A stretch of 59,853 nucleotides of DNA, counting the filler. It is 3 parts of 3 records of this genome, joined end to end, with 100 filler letters (N's around TTAATTAATTAA, not from the genome) between each part and the next. Parts side by side here need not be neighbours in the genome. Positions count along the whole stretch, not along the records: positions 29,012 to 46,405 come from DRR723986_11072; positions 46,506 to 59,853 come from DRR723986_11077; 1 more part is not named here. One strand, given 5' to 3'. Under the pieces are notes generated by a model, which was not told where the DNA came from, searched no databases, and worked only from the letters and a program-made list of their open reading frames with translations. Positions 40,529 through 50,255 of this stretch are shown here, piece after piece; position 1 is the first letter of the stretch; each line of letters opens with the position of its first letter. A program made the translations under genes and the position numbers.

Positions 40529-43090
40529 ATGAAACGTAATCTCATCTGGACAGTTCTATTTAGTGGACTGGTAATTACCTATTTAACTTTTAGCCCAACA
40601 TCTACTATCTCAGAAGATAAAAATTCGAATGATCCGATTGAACGCAGCATTCCAATTCCAACTCAGGTCAATGACAAAATGGCCAATGAAGAAGAGTATG
40701 AAAATCGCAAAGAGATGTACATTGAGATGATTCATAGCAATGGGCATGACATTGATTGGAGAGCAATTAATGCAGCAAATTTTGCCGAAAGATCAGAATG
40801 GGTTCAGCAAATGAAAGCTTCAAAAGTGCAATTGCAATATGCAAATGGTGAAATTGCTGGTGAATGGTTTGAAAGAGGTGCTACAGATCAAGCCGGAAAC
40901 GTAAGGACGACAGCTTTTGACGCACAAAGCGAAGCAGTTTATGCTGTTTCAGATGGCGGAATTTTATGGAAAGGAAATATCAATGGCAGCAGTTGGGAAT
41001 CATTGAATGACCATGTTTTATTTGCTCCTCATGTTTTACAAACCATCCGTTTGGCTGATGGCACTCTTAGAATATTAGCAGCAAGCGGTCGAATAATCAC
41101 CTATTCAGATGATGACGGGCAAACTTGGACGGATGCAATTGGTTTCTCAGGACCTAACGGAGGCCGTGGAGTTGATTTGTATCAATTAAATGATAACGAC
41201 AGTACAATTTTATATTTATATCAGGATATTTCATGGACTGGAGTTGCAACGAGCAAATTGGCTATTTCTACTGACCACGGAGCATCATTCAACATCCTTC
41301 AAAATATGCAGGAAAATAGCGGAGACCGAGTATCAATGTCTTGGCCGATAGGATCTTCAATTGCCTACATTTTAGATGGCCAAGATGACCTGTACAGATT
41401 TGAAGGTGGTGCTATGATTCCTGTAGCAAGCGGATTGAACATGGGAGGCAATTTTGAAGCTCAAATTGAAGCCGTGATCACAGCAACAGATACCATTTTG
41501 TATGCATTGATGAATCATGACGATTTATGGAAATCAACGGATGCAGGACAAAGTTTTAGCAACGTTGGACCTTTACCGACCAATACTTGGGATTGTGGAT
41601 TTGGTGTTTCAACAGACAATCCGGATGTTTTGTTTTATGGAGAAGTGAACATTTATCAGTCGTTAGACGGTGGACAGAACTGGCATGAGCAACATTATTG
41701 GGGAGATTATTACTCTGATGTTGTGAACAATATTCACGCAGATATCATGGAGTTTGAGAACTATAAAAAATCAGATGGAACTAGTTTCAATTTAATTTGT
41801 AATCACGGTGGAATTAATATTTCTTATGATGGTTTGACCACTACTACGAATGTAGGTTTGTTAGATTTAAATGTCAGTCAATCGTATGACGTTGCCACGA
41901 GTCCTTTTAACTCAGCTTTTATTTTTAGTGGAACACAAGATCAAGGTTTGCAAAGGGCTAGTAATGGAACTGCTACTACACCGGTAGCATTTGAACAAAT
42001 CATTTCAGGCGATTACGGTCAACAACAGTTTTGTAATAACGGGCAATCGTTTTGGACTCAGTATCCTGGGGCAGACTTCTCTTATTACGCAGATCCCCTC
42101 ACCGCTAATTGGTCAGATTATTGGTTCGATATTGATGGCAATGACATGCCGAATGTCAACTGGATTGTTCCAACGGGATCTTCTCCTGACCCAGCAGACG
42201 ATTGGATTTTAGTTGGAGGAGGATCGGCAGACGGAGGGTCTGGATCATACTTGATAAAACTTGAAAATTTAGGTACAACCGCTCAAGCCACCAATTTTCC
42301 ATTCGACTTTTTAGCAGATGCCGGCGAGCCGATTGGTGCTATTGAAACAACGCCGCTTAACTATGATAAATGGTATGTGGTTACTGAAAATGGTCATTTC
42401 TATCATTCTGAAGATGCAGGTCAATCATGGACTGCATCACAAACTACACCGGGATCAAACTGGATTTGGTCGGCGGATATTTACGCTTCTCGATTAACTG
42501 AAGGACTAGTATTTGTTGGTGGAACAAATTACGTGAGCAAAAATGTTTACATGTCAACTGATGGAGGACAAACATTTACCGGCATTGATAACGGCATGCC
42601 AAACACCATGTGTCATGAATTAACTATGGATGCCGAAGAGCGTTTTCTATTTGCAGCTACTGATGCTGGACCATACATGTACAGTATGATGCAAGATGAA
42701 TGGTTTTATTTGGCAGGCACTGAAGCACCTATTCAGGCTTATGTCTCGGTAGAGTATGTTGAAAACGAAAATGTAGTAAGATATGCCACCTATGGTAGAG
42801 GAATTTGGGATTTTAAAATTGCAGATTTGGCATCTATTGAGGATGAGGCATTGGAGAATGCAACTATGAACCCTTATCCAAACCCGTCAGCAAACGGTAT
42901 TTTCAATATCAACGCCACTGAATACAGCTTAGTTAAAATTGTTGATATGCAAGGCAAAGTTGTAGCCGAAACGCCACTTTTACCTGGATTGAATCCACTT
43001 AATTTGAGTTTCTTACAAGCAGGTAGTTATTTGATGGTGGGAACTGACAGGCACGGTAGAGTAATTCGAGAGAAGTTAATTGTGCGATAA
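40529..43090 (+). CDS. BNR/Asp-box (VPS10-like) beta-propeller protein with T9SS sorting domain
   Basis: Asp-boxes SDDDGQTW, STDHGASF, STDAGQSF, SLDGGQNW, SEDAGQSW, STDGGQTF; ATYGRGIW; PYPNPS...KLIVR. Confidence 0.88.
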   Translation: MKRNLIWTVLFSGLVITYLTFSPTSTISEDKNSNDPIERSIPIPTQVNDKMANEEEYENRKEMYIEMIHSNGHDIDWRAINAANFAERSEWVQQMKASKVQLQYANGEIAGEWFERGATDQAGNVRTTAFDAQSEAVYAVSDGGILWKGNINGSSWESLNDHVLFAPHVLQTIRLADGTLRILAASGRIITYSDDDGQTWTDAIGFSGPNGGRGVDLYQLNDNDSTILYLYQDISWTGVATSKLAISTDHGASFNILQNMQENSGDRVSMSWPIGSSIAYILDGQDDLYRFEGGAMIPVASGLNMGGNFEAQIEAVITATDTILYALMNHDDLWKSTDAGQSFSNVGPLPTNTWDCGFGVSTDNPDVLFYGEVNIYQSLDGGQNWHEQHYWGDYYSDVVNNIHADIMEFENYKKSDGTSFNLICNHGGINISYDGLTTTTNVGLLDLNVSQSYDVATSPFNSAFIFSGTQDQGLQRASNGTATTPVAFEQIISGDYGQQQFCNNGQSFWTQYPGADFSYYADPLTANWSDYWFDIDGNDMPNVNWIVPTGSSPDPADDWILVGGGSADGGSGSYLIKLENLGTTAQATNFPFDFLADAGEPIGAIETTPLNYDKWYVVTENGHFYHSEDAGQSWTASQTTPGSNWIWSADIYASRLTEGLVFVGGTNYVSKNVYMSTDGGQTFTGIDNGMPNTMCHELTMDAEERFLFAATDAGPYMYSMMQDEWFYLAGTEAPIQAYVSVEYVENENVVRYATYGRGIWDFKIADLASIEDEALENATMNPYPNPSANGIFNINATEYSLVKIVDMQGKVVAETPLLPGLNPLNLSFLQAGSYLMVGTDRHGRVIREKLIVR

Positions 43091-43092
43091 TT

Positions 43093-43116
43093 TTCGTTCA
43101 CGTAGCGTAGCCGAGG
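43093..43116 (-). repeat. REP-like short repeat (cctcggctacgct..gtgaacga)
   Basis: Reverse complement nearly identical to 46362-46385. Confidence 0.65.
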
Positions 43117-43155
43117 AAAAGAGAAGTTATTGCACTCAAGAGGACTTTTATTATG

Positions 43156-43194
43156 ACGCAAAGTTTCACAAAGGTTTCGCAAAGACTCGCGAAG
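43156..43194 (+). repeat. Short tandem CRCRAAG repeat, about 4 units
   Basis: acgcaaag-tttcacaaag-gtttcgcaaag-actcgcgaag. Confidence 0.55.
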
Positions 43195-43241
43195 AAGCCT
43201 GTCGAAATCGTGCCAATAAGGAGCAAAACTAAATTCCCCAA

Positions 43242-43649
43242 TCAATAACTTTTCTCTTCCAATCTTGTTGAAATCCACCAGTAGGTACCTTGAGCATCTC
43301 TAACACCTGCTTGTCGATCACCGTAGTCCATATCCTGTGCTTCAAACACAGATTCACAGCCATAGTCTAAGGCTCGATTATAGGTAGCTTCAACATTATT
43401 CACATACAAATACAAGGCTGTTTTCATACCCATAAATGGCCCAGTTGCTTGCGAAATCATAATATTTGTGTTCCCTATAGTCAGTACAGAGTTTGCAATT
43501 ACTCCTGGTTCACGCTCAGTTCTACTTAACTCTTCAGCAAAAAACACTGTTTTTAAAAAGTCAATATACGCTGGCGCATCTTCAACAAAAAGGTAAGTGC
43601 TCACCGAATTAAATCCTTCTGGAATAAATGTTTTATAAAGTTCGTTCAT
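43242..43649 (-). CDS. VOC/glyoxalase (PhnB-like) protein
   Basis: YLFVEDA..IDFLKTVF, LYLYV..V..YNRAL, YGDRQAGVRDAQGTYWWIS. Confidence 0.88.
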   Translation of the reverse strand: MNELYKTFIPEGFNSVSTYLFVEDAPAYIDFLKTVFFAEELSRTEREPGVIANSVLTIGNTNIMISQATGPFMGMKTALYLYVNNVEATYNRALDYGCESVFEAQDMDYGDRQAGVRDAQGTYWWISTRLEEKSY

Positions 43650-43846
43650 GATTTAAATATAGAATTAAATGAGCGAGTTACTTTGAGATATTTTATATCC
43701 TATGGGGTAGAAAGATAATTTGAGAAGGGATCCATTGAGGTCAAAGCATAATGTTAAACCATGTTAATTCCGAACGAATCAAAATTGCGTTGTGGTAACT
43801 TTATTCGCTTAGCCAAGTTTATACTGCATACAACATCCACCTACTT

Positions 43847-44560
43847 ATGAAAACGTACTTTCGATTTGATTATCTTTTATTACTCTTTTTCAGTTTTAAT
43901 TCTTGTCAAACAGACCAAGAAAAATACGATTTAAAAACTGGCCAAACAGAAGTGAGTAGTACGGATGAAATCGATAGTATTCTGAATCAATTTCCTTCTA
44001 TAAAATACAGCGAACTCCCCTCGAGCTATCATGAGTATTCAGATCCTTATTCCAATTTCAAAGATCAACTCTGGAATTCAGAATATTTAATTGTAAAGGG
44101 GGAAGAAGTTTTTCAATACGTTGTTGGTAAAAGTAGAATTGATGATTTTCTATCTAGTGATGGTTATCACAAAGAAAATTTAGAAAATATTGAAGCCAAT
44201 AAACTTCAATTTTGGCTAGTGGATAAAAAAATGCTGTATATGATTTTAGAATTCATACATACTTTAGAAGAAAAAGGTCTAAACAAATATGGTTTTTATG
44301 TGCGAGAAAGCCACAGACATCCTAAGCTCAATAAAATGAGAGGAGGCGCTTCAAAAAGCCAACATCTATTTGGTAAAGCAGCTGATCTAGTTATTGAAGA
44401 CATCAATAATGACGGCAAAAAAAACGCAGAAGACAAAGCAATTGCTCTAGAAATTCTTGAGGCTATTGTTGGAAATAATGGTGGCATGGGATTATATCCA
44501 GGAACAATGACAATCCATATAGACAGTAGAGGTTATCGTGCAAGATGGGATTCTTATTAA
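43847..44560 (+). CDS. Peptidase M15A-family (YcbK/DUF882-like) Zn peptidase, probable lipoprotein
   Basis: SHRHPKLN..GGASKSQHLFGKAAD...IHIDSRG; lipobox-like FNSC. Confidence 0.85.
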   Translation: MKTYFRFDYLLLLFFSFNSCQTDQEKYDLKTGQTEVSSTDEIDSILNQFPSIKYSELPSSYHEYSDPYSNFKDQLWNSEYLIVKGEEVFQYVVGKSRIDDFLSSDGYHKENLENIEANKLQFWLVDKKMLYMILEFIHTLEEKGLNKYGFYVRESHRHPKLNKMRGGASKSQHLFGKAADLVIEDINNDGKKNAEDKAIALEILEAIVGNNGGMGLYPGTMTIHIDSRGYRARWDSY

Positions 44561-44626
44561 TCAGGATTCAACGCAGATCTATAATCCTTTGTCTAAGATT
44601 TAACAATTCATAATTATCTTAGCGCC

Positions 44627-45031
44627 ATGTCAACTACCCAAGAAGAAATAAAAAGCATGATTTCTGAACTCATTGAATTGAGCAAAGTAGACGGTCATGT
44701 TTCGGATCAAGAAATAGGTTTCATTCAGCAAATTGGCAACATGATGGGCCTTGCAAACGAAGAAATTCTAGCACTTTTTAAAACTCCTGCACCCTTCAAT
44801 CCGCCAGATGAACATTTTGACAGAATTGTACAATTTCAACGCATGGTTTTGCTCATGAATGTAGACCAAGATGTGCATCCAAACGAATTGAATCACCTGA
44901 AATTAATGGGCATGAAATTAGGCTTAAACCCACATGCCGTGAATGAAGTTCTTGAAAAAATGGACGACTATCCTAACAACATGATACCGCCAGAAGATTT
45001 ATTAAAAATCTATAGCAAACACATGAACTAG
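44627..45031 (+). CDS. TerB-like protein
   Basis: KVDGHVSDQEIGFI and VDQDVHPNEL duplicated TerB motifs. Confidence 0.8.
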   Translation: MSTTQEEIKSMISELIELSKVDGHVSDQEIGFIQQIGNMMGLANEEILALFKTPAPFNPPDEHFDRIVQFQRMVLLMNVDQDVHPNELNHLKLMGMKLGLNPHAVNEVLEKMDDYPNNMIPPEDLLKIYSKHMN

Positions 45032-45033
45032 GC

Positions 45034-45930
45034 TTGAAAAAAATCGCCGAAATAACTGTTCCATTAGAAATTGACGACATTCGATTGTACGACTTTTGTC
45101 TTGAAAAATTTGCGCAACTCCCAAGTAGAAAATCTGTTAAAAAAGCAATAGATAAAGGCTGCATGCATGTGGACGGTGTTGCCCAAAAAACCGGCTATTG
45201 GCTCAAAGGTGGCGAGCTGATCAGTCTAATGGATTTAGAAAACAAACCTCCCAAACCATACGAATTAGACTTACCAATTGTATTTGAAGATGAACACCTC
45301 ATCATTGTAAACAAACCTGCAGGACTAGTGGTGAGCGGCAATCAATTCAAAACCTTGTTCAACGCGCTCTTTTATAATTTTACCTTGTCAAAAGAAGCAG
45401 ATGCTCTTCCTTGGCCCTTACCAGTTCACCGAATAGATCAAGCCACTTGCGGCTTAGTCATCTCAGCGAAAACCAAATCGGCTAGAATAAAAATGGGTGA
45501 GATTTTTGAAAAAAGATTAATACTTAAAACTTATCATGCCATTGCCATGGGCGATACGCCTGATACGTTTGCATCTCATCTTGAAATTGATGGTAAAGAA
45601 TCTCACACAAGCTTCACCAAAATCAAATCTGTAAAAAGCCTTCGTTCAAAAGATTTGAGCTTATTAAGAATCCATCCTAAAACGGGCAGAAGACATCAAA
45701 TTCGGAAGCATTTAGCCGCTTTAAATCATCCTATTTTGGGTGACGTCCTTTACGCCGGAGAAAGGCATACTTTAAAATATAAAGGCGTGTACTTAACTGC
45801 TTCAGCATTAGAATTTAAGCATCCCATTTCTCAAGAAAAACTTAAAATTGAGATTCCCATCCCTAAAAAATATGATAAACGATTAGAATCGGAACAAAAA
45901 AGATGGAATTTCAAAAATAAATGCGATTAG
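45034..45930 (+). CDS. RluA/RluD-family pseudouridine synthase with S4 domain
   Basis: IVNKPAGL, VHRIDQATCG, TGRRHQIRKHL, PILGDVLY; TTG start. Confidence 0.92.
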   Translation: MKKIAEITVPLEIDDIRLYDFCLEKFAQLPSRKSVKKAIDKGCMHVDGVAQKTGYWLKGGELISLMDLENKPPKPYELDLPIVFEDEHLIIVNKPAGLVVSGNQFKTLFNALFYNFTLSKEADALPWPLPVHRIDQATCGLVISAKTKSARIKMGEIFEKRLILKTYHAIAMGDTPDTFASHLEIDGKESHTSFTKIKSVKSLRSKDLSLLRIHPKTGRRHQIRKHLAALNHPILGDVLYAGERHTLKYKGVYLTASALEFKHPISQEKLKIEIPIPKKYDKRLESEQKRWNFKNKCD

Positions 45931-46062
45931 ATACGTATGGTTAAACACGCATTTCATAGAGATATATGTTAATTTCATCTAAAATTCTGAAATATTGTAA
46001 TTTAACTGACAACAATACGTCAAATAATATGTTATAATTGCAGTATATTAATAAGAATTGTT

Positions 46063-46233
46063 ATGGCAAGAAAGAAATCTAACGAAAAAGTAGAGAAGAT
46101 ATTAGCGGAAATTAAGAATTCAACGCCTAAATTCAAGTTAAAATTAGATAATAAAACAACTATTACTCTAAAGACACAAGAACAGGTGAACAAGTGGATG
46201 GAAATGTATCCGAAAGCTGAAGTTATCATATAA
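46063..46233 (+). CDS. Small basic protein, 56 aa (not in the ORF track)
   Basis: MARKKSNEKVEKILAEIKNSTPKFKLKLDNKTTITLKTQEQVNKWMEMYPKAEVII; followed directly by a terminator. Confidence 0.7.
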   Translation: MARKKSNEKVEKILAEIKNSTPKFKLKLDNKTTITLKTQEQVNKWMEMYPKAEVII

Positions 46234-46256
46234 CCGAATATCTTATAAATACTTGA

Positions 46257-46294
46257 AAATCCCGATTTGTCTCAGACAGGTCGGGATTTTTTTT
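46257..46294 (+). terminator. Rho-independent terminator
   Basis: aaaatcccgatttgtc-tca-gacaggtcgggatttt followed by a T-run. Confidence 0.8.
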
Positions 46295-46389
46295 GTAATC
46301 TCGGCTCCGCTCGATTACCAAAATTATTTGAGCTTTTGCCATTTGATAATTTGTTAGTTCCCCTCGGCTACGCTCGGTGAACGAGAACT
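46295..46389 (+). repeat. Two REP-like hairpins with a ctcggct(c/a)cgctcg core
   Basis: gtaatc-tcggctccgctc-gattac (46295-46318) and agttc-ccctcggctacgctcggtgaacga-gaact. Confidence 0.65.
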
Positions 46390-46405
46390 GTTAATGCCTG
46401 CACTA

Positions 46406-46505
46406 NNNNNNNNNNNNNNNNNNNNNNNNNNNNNNNNNNNNNNNNNNNNTTAATTAATTAANNNNNNNNNNNNNNNNNNNNNNNNNNNNNNNNNNNNNNN
46501 NNNNN
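46406..46505. other. Artificial contig linker
   Basis: N44-TTAATTAATTAA-N44. Confidence 0.98.
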
Positions 46506-46522
46506 TGTTAGCCCTAAGGGCT
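46506..46522. repeat. Palindromic repeat tgttagccc-taa-gggct at the start of contig 3
   Basis: Related copies at 59593-59617 and 59841-59853. Confidence 0.7.
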
Positions 46523-46647
46523 GTGAGCCGAAAATGCACGGGTCTTGAGATTCAAGACCGAGAAACAAATTTTTGAGATTCAATGCAGAAATCTCAAGTC
46601 GCCTGGGACTCTAAACCAGGCACAATTCAACAACGAGGGCTGCCACA

Positions 46648-47109
46648 ATGCCGGCTTTAGGCACTGATCTAAAAGTTTTACCAGGTTTTGCAGCACATGA
46701 TGCCGCCGAAATCGACCTGACTCTGCGCCAGCGGCCTGGACGTGGAAGCATTGTCTCCGCCCCGTCGGAGAACTTTGATCTGGACCTCGTTGCCGGTCGT
46801 GAAAATGTGGCGCAGTCGCTGGTGTTGCGCCTGTTAACGCCGCAAGGATCGCTGGCGGCGCTGGGACACGCCAACTACGGCTCGCGCCTGGGTGAACTGA
46901 TTGGTCGCAATAAAACCACGGCCCTGCGCAACCTGTGCCGCGCCTACATCCTGGAATGTGTAGCTCAGGAGCCGCGTGTGCAAGATTCTGCGATTGAACT
47001 GGCATTTGATCCGCAGAGCGAGACCGCCTCTACTTTTGTTTTTACGCTCGCCGTGCAGCCAATTGACGGTGGCGATCCCCTTGGAATTTCACTGGAGCTG
47101 GGACTATGA
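46648..47109 (+). CDS. GPW/gp25-like baseplate (sheath initiator) protein
   Basis: ENVAQSLVLRLLTPQG...HANYGSRLGELIG...VAQEPRV matches the gp25 pattern. Confidence 0.85.
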   Translation: MPALGTDLKVLPGFAAHDAAEIDLTLRQRPGRGSIVSAPSENFDLDLVAGRENVAQSLVLRLLTPQGSLAALGHANYGSRLGELIGRNKTTALRNLCRAYILECVAQEPRVQDSAIELAFDPQSETASTFVFTLAVQPIDGGDPLGISLELGL

Positions 47110-48830
47110 CGTATACGCCGCGCAATTACGAGCAAATCGTTCGCGACGTTTTGACGACGCTGACCGGGGGAACAGTACGGGAGTCTTTGACCGCACCCGC
47201 AAACCCCGAAGAAGTTTTGGTTCCGACCAAACTGAAAGAACGGCCGGTGCGCCGGATTTCACATCTGGAAGGCACGATTCTCTCAGCTAATGGTGCCGAA
47301 CTGCCGTATCGCTTCACCGCAGCAGACTTTGAATTGATTTCTGCCGATGGTGATGCCGCCAATCCCGACAGCATCCAGTTTCGCGCCGAAGGCCGCAAAC
47401 CGAAACCCGGTTCAACGCTGGTAGTTAACTACTATCCTGTACAGACCGACGCTACGCCGCTGACGGATATCAGTGTCGGTTCGGTTGTGCGTACCGTGCT
47501 GGAGACCATCGCACGTGAACAGGCGACGGCATATTTGAACCTGGAACACATTTACAAGTCAGCCTTTCTGGAAAGTGCCGAAGGACAGTCGCTTGACAAA
47601 GTTGTAGCCCTTGTCGGCGTGCAGCGCATGCAGGCCGGACATCCGGTGGCTAAACTGCGTGTGCAGCGTCGTGAAGGTGTCTCCGGCAGAATTACAGTTC
47701 CAGCGAATACCGCCGTCACCGACGATAACGGTGCGCGTTATATCACCAAAACCAGCACTACGCTGGAAGCCTATGAAAGCACGCGTGATATTTCCGTGCG
47801 CGGCGAGTCCGCCGCAACGGCCGTGGTTGAAGCGGGAAAGTTAACACGCCTTGAAACATTGATCGCCGGAATTTCCGAAGTCACTAATCCGGATGCTTCA
47901 CATAATCTGAACGCTCCGGAGACTGATCCCGATTTGCGTATCCGTACTAAAACGGCACTCAAAGGCAATGTGCGCGGAACGATGGATGCCATGCGTTATG
48001 GCCTGCTGGCCGTGGACGGTGTTAAAGATGTCTCTATCGTCGAAAATCCCAACGGCGTGCCCGGCGAGCTGAGTATCAGCATCGCAAGCACCGGCGATGC
48101 TGCCGACGTACTTCCTTTTGTGCGCCGCCGCGTGGAGGAATTGCGACCCGTTGGAATTCGTGTATTGCCAATTGGAGAAACAGCCAAACGTATTGTCACT
48201 GTTTCGGTTAACCTTATCCTGGCCGGCACGGGAGTGATTGAAAGTGAACTCGAAGCACTTAAACAGGGAGTGCAGGCGCGCCTGAATACCTACTTTGAAT
48301 CAATTGCTGCAGGTGCAATGATTCGGCGTTCGCGCATGTTAACTGCCGCAATGCAGGACGACGCGCTGGCAGACCTGCAAATTTCCCTGGAAGCGCAGGG
48401 TGAAGCTCCGGTAGAAGAACTCCAGCTGGCCGACGGTGAAACACTTGAGATAGCCGGAATCGTGTTTGGATCAATCGCGAGTGAATCCGCGCCCGACACG
48501 GCGGTCACGTCCAAAGTCAGTGCTTTCATTCCTGTTATGCTGGAGGCCGGAACAACAAGTGCCGACGCTGAAGCGACACTCAAAACGGCGTACGAAGCAT
48601 TTTTGGTGACGCGCTCAGCGCAGAGTCCACTGGCGGTGGATGGATTAATGACTGCCCTGCGCGACGACACACGTTATACGATTCTGCGCGCAGAAGTAAG
48701 CGTGACGGTGGAAACACATGACGGGCGTTTTGCACAGCTGCGCGACGGACTGGGCGTTTATACGCCAATCACAGATGAAACTCTGCTAGCCGAAGCGTTT
48801 AACATTGACATCCGCGAAGAGGGGGCCTGA
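47106..48830 (+). CDS. Baseplate J/gp47-like wedge protein
   Basis: GSVVRTVLE, AEGQSLDKVVALVGVQR, ETDPDLRIR, GTMDAM..AVDGV, RPVGIRV; ATGA overlap with the gp25-like gene. Confidence 0.88.
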   Translation: MTYTPRNYEQIVRDVLTTLTGGTVRESLTAPANPEEVLVPTKLKERPVRRISHLEGTILSANGAELPYRFTAADFELISADGDAANPDSIQFRAEGRKPKPGSTLVVNYYPVQTDATPLTDISVGSVVRTVLETIAREQATAYLNLEHIYKSAFLESAEGQSLDKVVALVGVQRMQAGHPVAKLRVQRREGVSGRITVPANTAVTDDNGARYITKTSTTLEAYESTRDISVRGESAATAVVEAGKLTRLETLIAGISEVTNPDASHNLNAPETDPDLRIRTKTALKGNVRGTMDAMRYGLLAVDGVKDVSIVENPNGVPGELSISIASTGDAADVLPFVRRRVEELRPVGIRVLPIGETAKRIVTVSVNLILAGTGVIESELEALKQGVQARLNTYFESIAAGAMIRRSRMLTAAMQDDALADLQISLEAQGEAPVEELQLADGETLEIAGIVFGSIASESAPDTAVTSKVSAFIPVMLEAGTTSADAEATLKTAYEAFLVTRSAQSPLAVDGLMTALRDDTRYTILRAEVSVTVETHDGRFAQLRDGLGVYTPITDETLLAEAFNIDIREEGA

Positions 48831-48831
48831 C

Positions 48832-50253
48832 GTGGCGCATTTAAACGACATGTTGGCGCGTCTCCCGCAGCTTTACCGCGAAGGTGAAGTGGTTGCCGGT
48901 CTTGTGGGGCAGGCGGCTACCCAGATTGAGATTTTGGACGAAGACGCACGTGAAGTTCAGCGCGCACATTGGTTTAACCAGGCCCTGGAAATTGAAGAAG
49001 TTGAGAAGCTGGCCGCCGTGCTGGATATTCCGCACGAGAATTGGCAGGTCCTGGGCGAATACCGCGCCTGGGTACACGCTTTGCGTGATGCGCTTCTTAA
49101 ACACGGAGCTGTTACCGTTAAAGCCGCCGTATTTTTTGTGGCGAATTACACAAATGCGTTTCAGCGTGCGCTGGACTTCAGAACGGTTTTACCATTATCT
49201 GTTGATCCATCGGTTTGGTACAGATTTCCAACACCAATTGACAGCGACCCGCCGGCGGCGGCCGATGAGATGTTTAGTCCATCTGCTTGGCGTGATGCGC
49301 TGCATCGCAATCAGGCGGCACTGGTTGAAAACCCGCCGATTCCGCGTATTCAGCGGGCACCGAGCGAAGGTGGCATAGAGCCGCTGCATCGATTTGTTGT
49401 TAAAAATCGCGGACTGGACAGTAGTTACTCCGGCGCACTTATGCTCGGTTTGCCATCCGGTCCTGAATATGCGCCGGCGCTGATCAACTTAACAAGTGGC
49501 GATGGCATCGTGTATCTGGGTGCCGTGCCGCCGGGAGCGCGTCTCTGGATTCGCGCAGATGAAAATGGCGTGGCTTCAGCTTTGCTGGAAGGTGAAGACG
49601 TTAGCGATCGCTTGCGCTCGATTGCCGGAGTGACGCCCGGAACAGCCTGGTCAGTTGAAGACGCTCAGTCTCCGGCGCATGCGCTGAAAATGCTGCCGGG
49701 TGATAACGATATCTGGTTCCTGCCGATCGCACATTTTGATGTGCCCGGCCTTGACCGATTTTTGCTGGCTCTGGCCGACTTAACATTAGAGCAGGGGCGT
49801 TGGGATACGACCAAGTTTGACCACTCCCTGTTTTATCAGGATCCGGCCGCACGCCTGCACATTAGCTGGTCAGAAACACGGCCGGGTTGTTATCGGATCG
49901 ATTTACCGGCAGGCTGGATGACAAGTCCCGCGCCGCGCGGTGAGTCGGAAGTACAAGATGAAAATTCTTCACCAGGTGCGCTGCATGCTGCACTTGCGGA
50001 ATCACTGGCTGAGCGTCAGCGACTGGTTTTCTCGTTGAACGAAGGTGTGCAGCGCCTGCGCCCGGCGGGCGTGGAAGCCGCAGTTGTTTTACACCCGTTT
50101 AAGGAAGTCCAGGGTAACAGCGAACGAATGACGGGTTACCTGCCGCGCCGTATAAGCGCTCCAGGGCCTGGAGGTGCCGACCGTTTGATCGACAGCGAAG
50201 GTTTGTTTGGTGTCAGCGAATTTAACAATTCAATTTTTGATGGCGGAGACTGA
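48832..50253 (+). CDS. Baseplate wedge gpI/gp48-like protein with inserted beta domain
   Basis: LPQLYR..EKLAAVLDI..EYRAWV..GAVT at the N-terminus and LRPAGV near the C-terminus; follows gpJ; GTG start after a purine-rich RBS. Confidence 0.6.
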   Translation: MAHLNDMLARLPQLYREGEVVAGLVGQAATQIEILDEDAREVQRAHWFNQALEIEEVEKLAAVLDIPHENWQVLGEYRAWVHALRDALLKHGAVTVKAAVFFVANYTNAFQRALDFRTVLPLSVDPSVWYRFPTPIDSDPPAAADEMFSPSAWRDALHRNQAALVENPPIPRIQRAPSEGGIEPLHRFVVKNRGLDSSYSGALMLGLPSGPEYAPALINLTSGDGIVYLGAVPPGARLWIRADENGVASALLEGEDVSDRLRSIAGVTPGTAWSVEDAQSPAHALKMLPGDNDIWFLPIAHFDVPGLDRFLLALADLTLEQGRWDTTKFDHSLFYQDPAARLHISWSETRPGCYRIDLPAGWMTSPAPRGESEVQDENSSPGALHAALAESLAERQRLVFSLNEGVQRLRPAGVEAAVVLHPFKEVQGNSERMTGYLPRRISAPGPGGADRLIDSEGLFGVSEFNNSIFDGGD

Positions 50254-50255
50254 TA

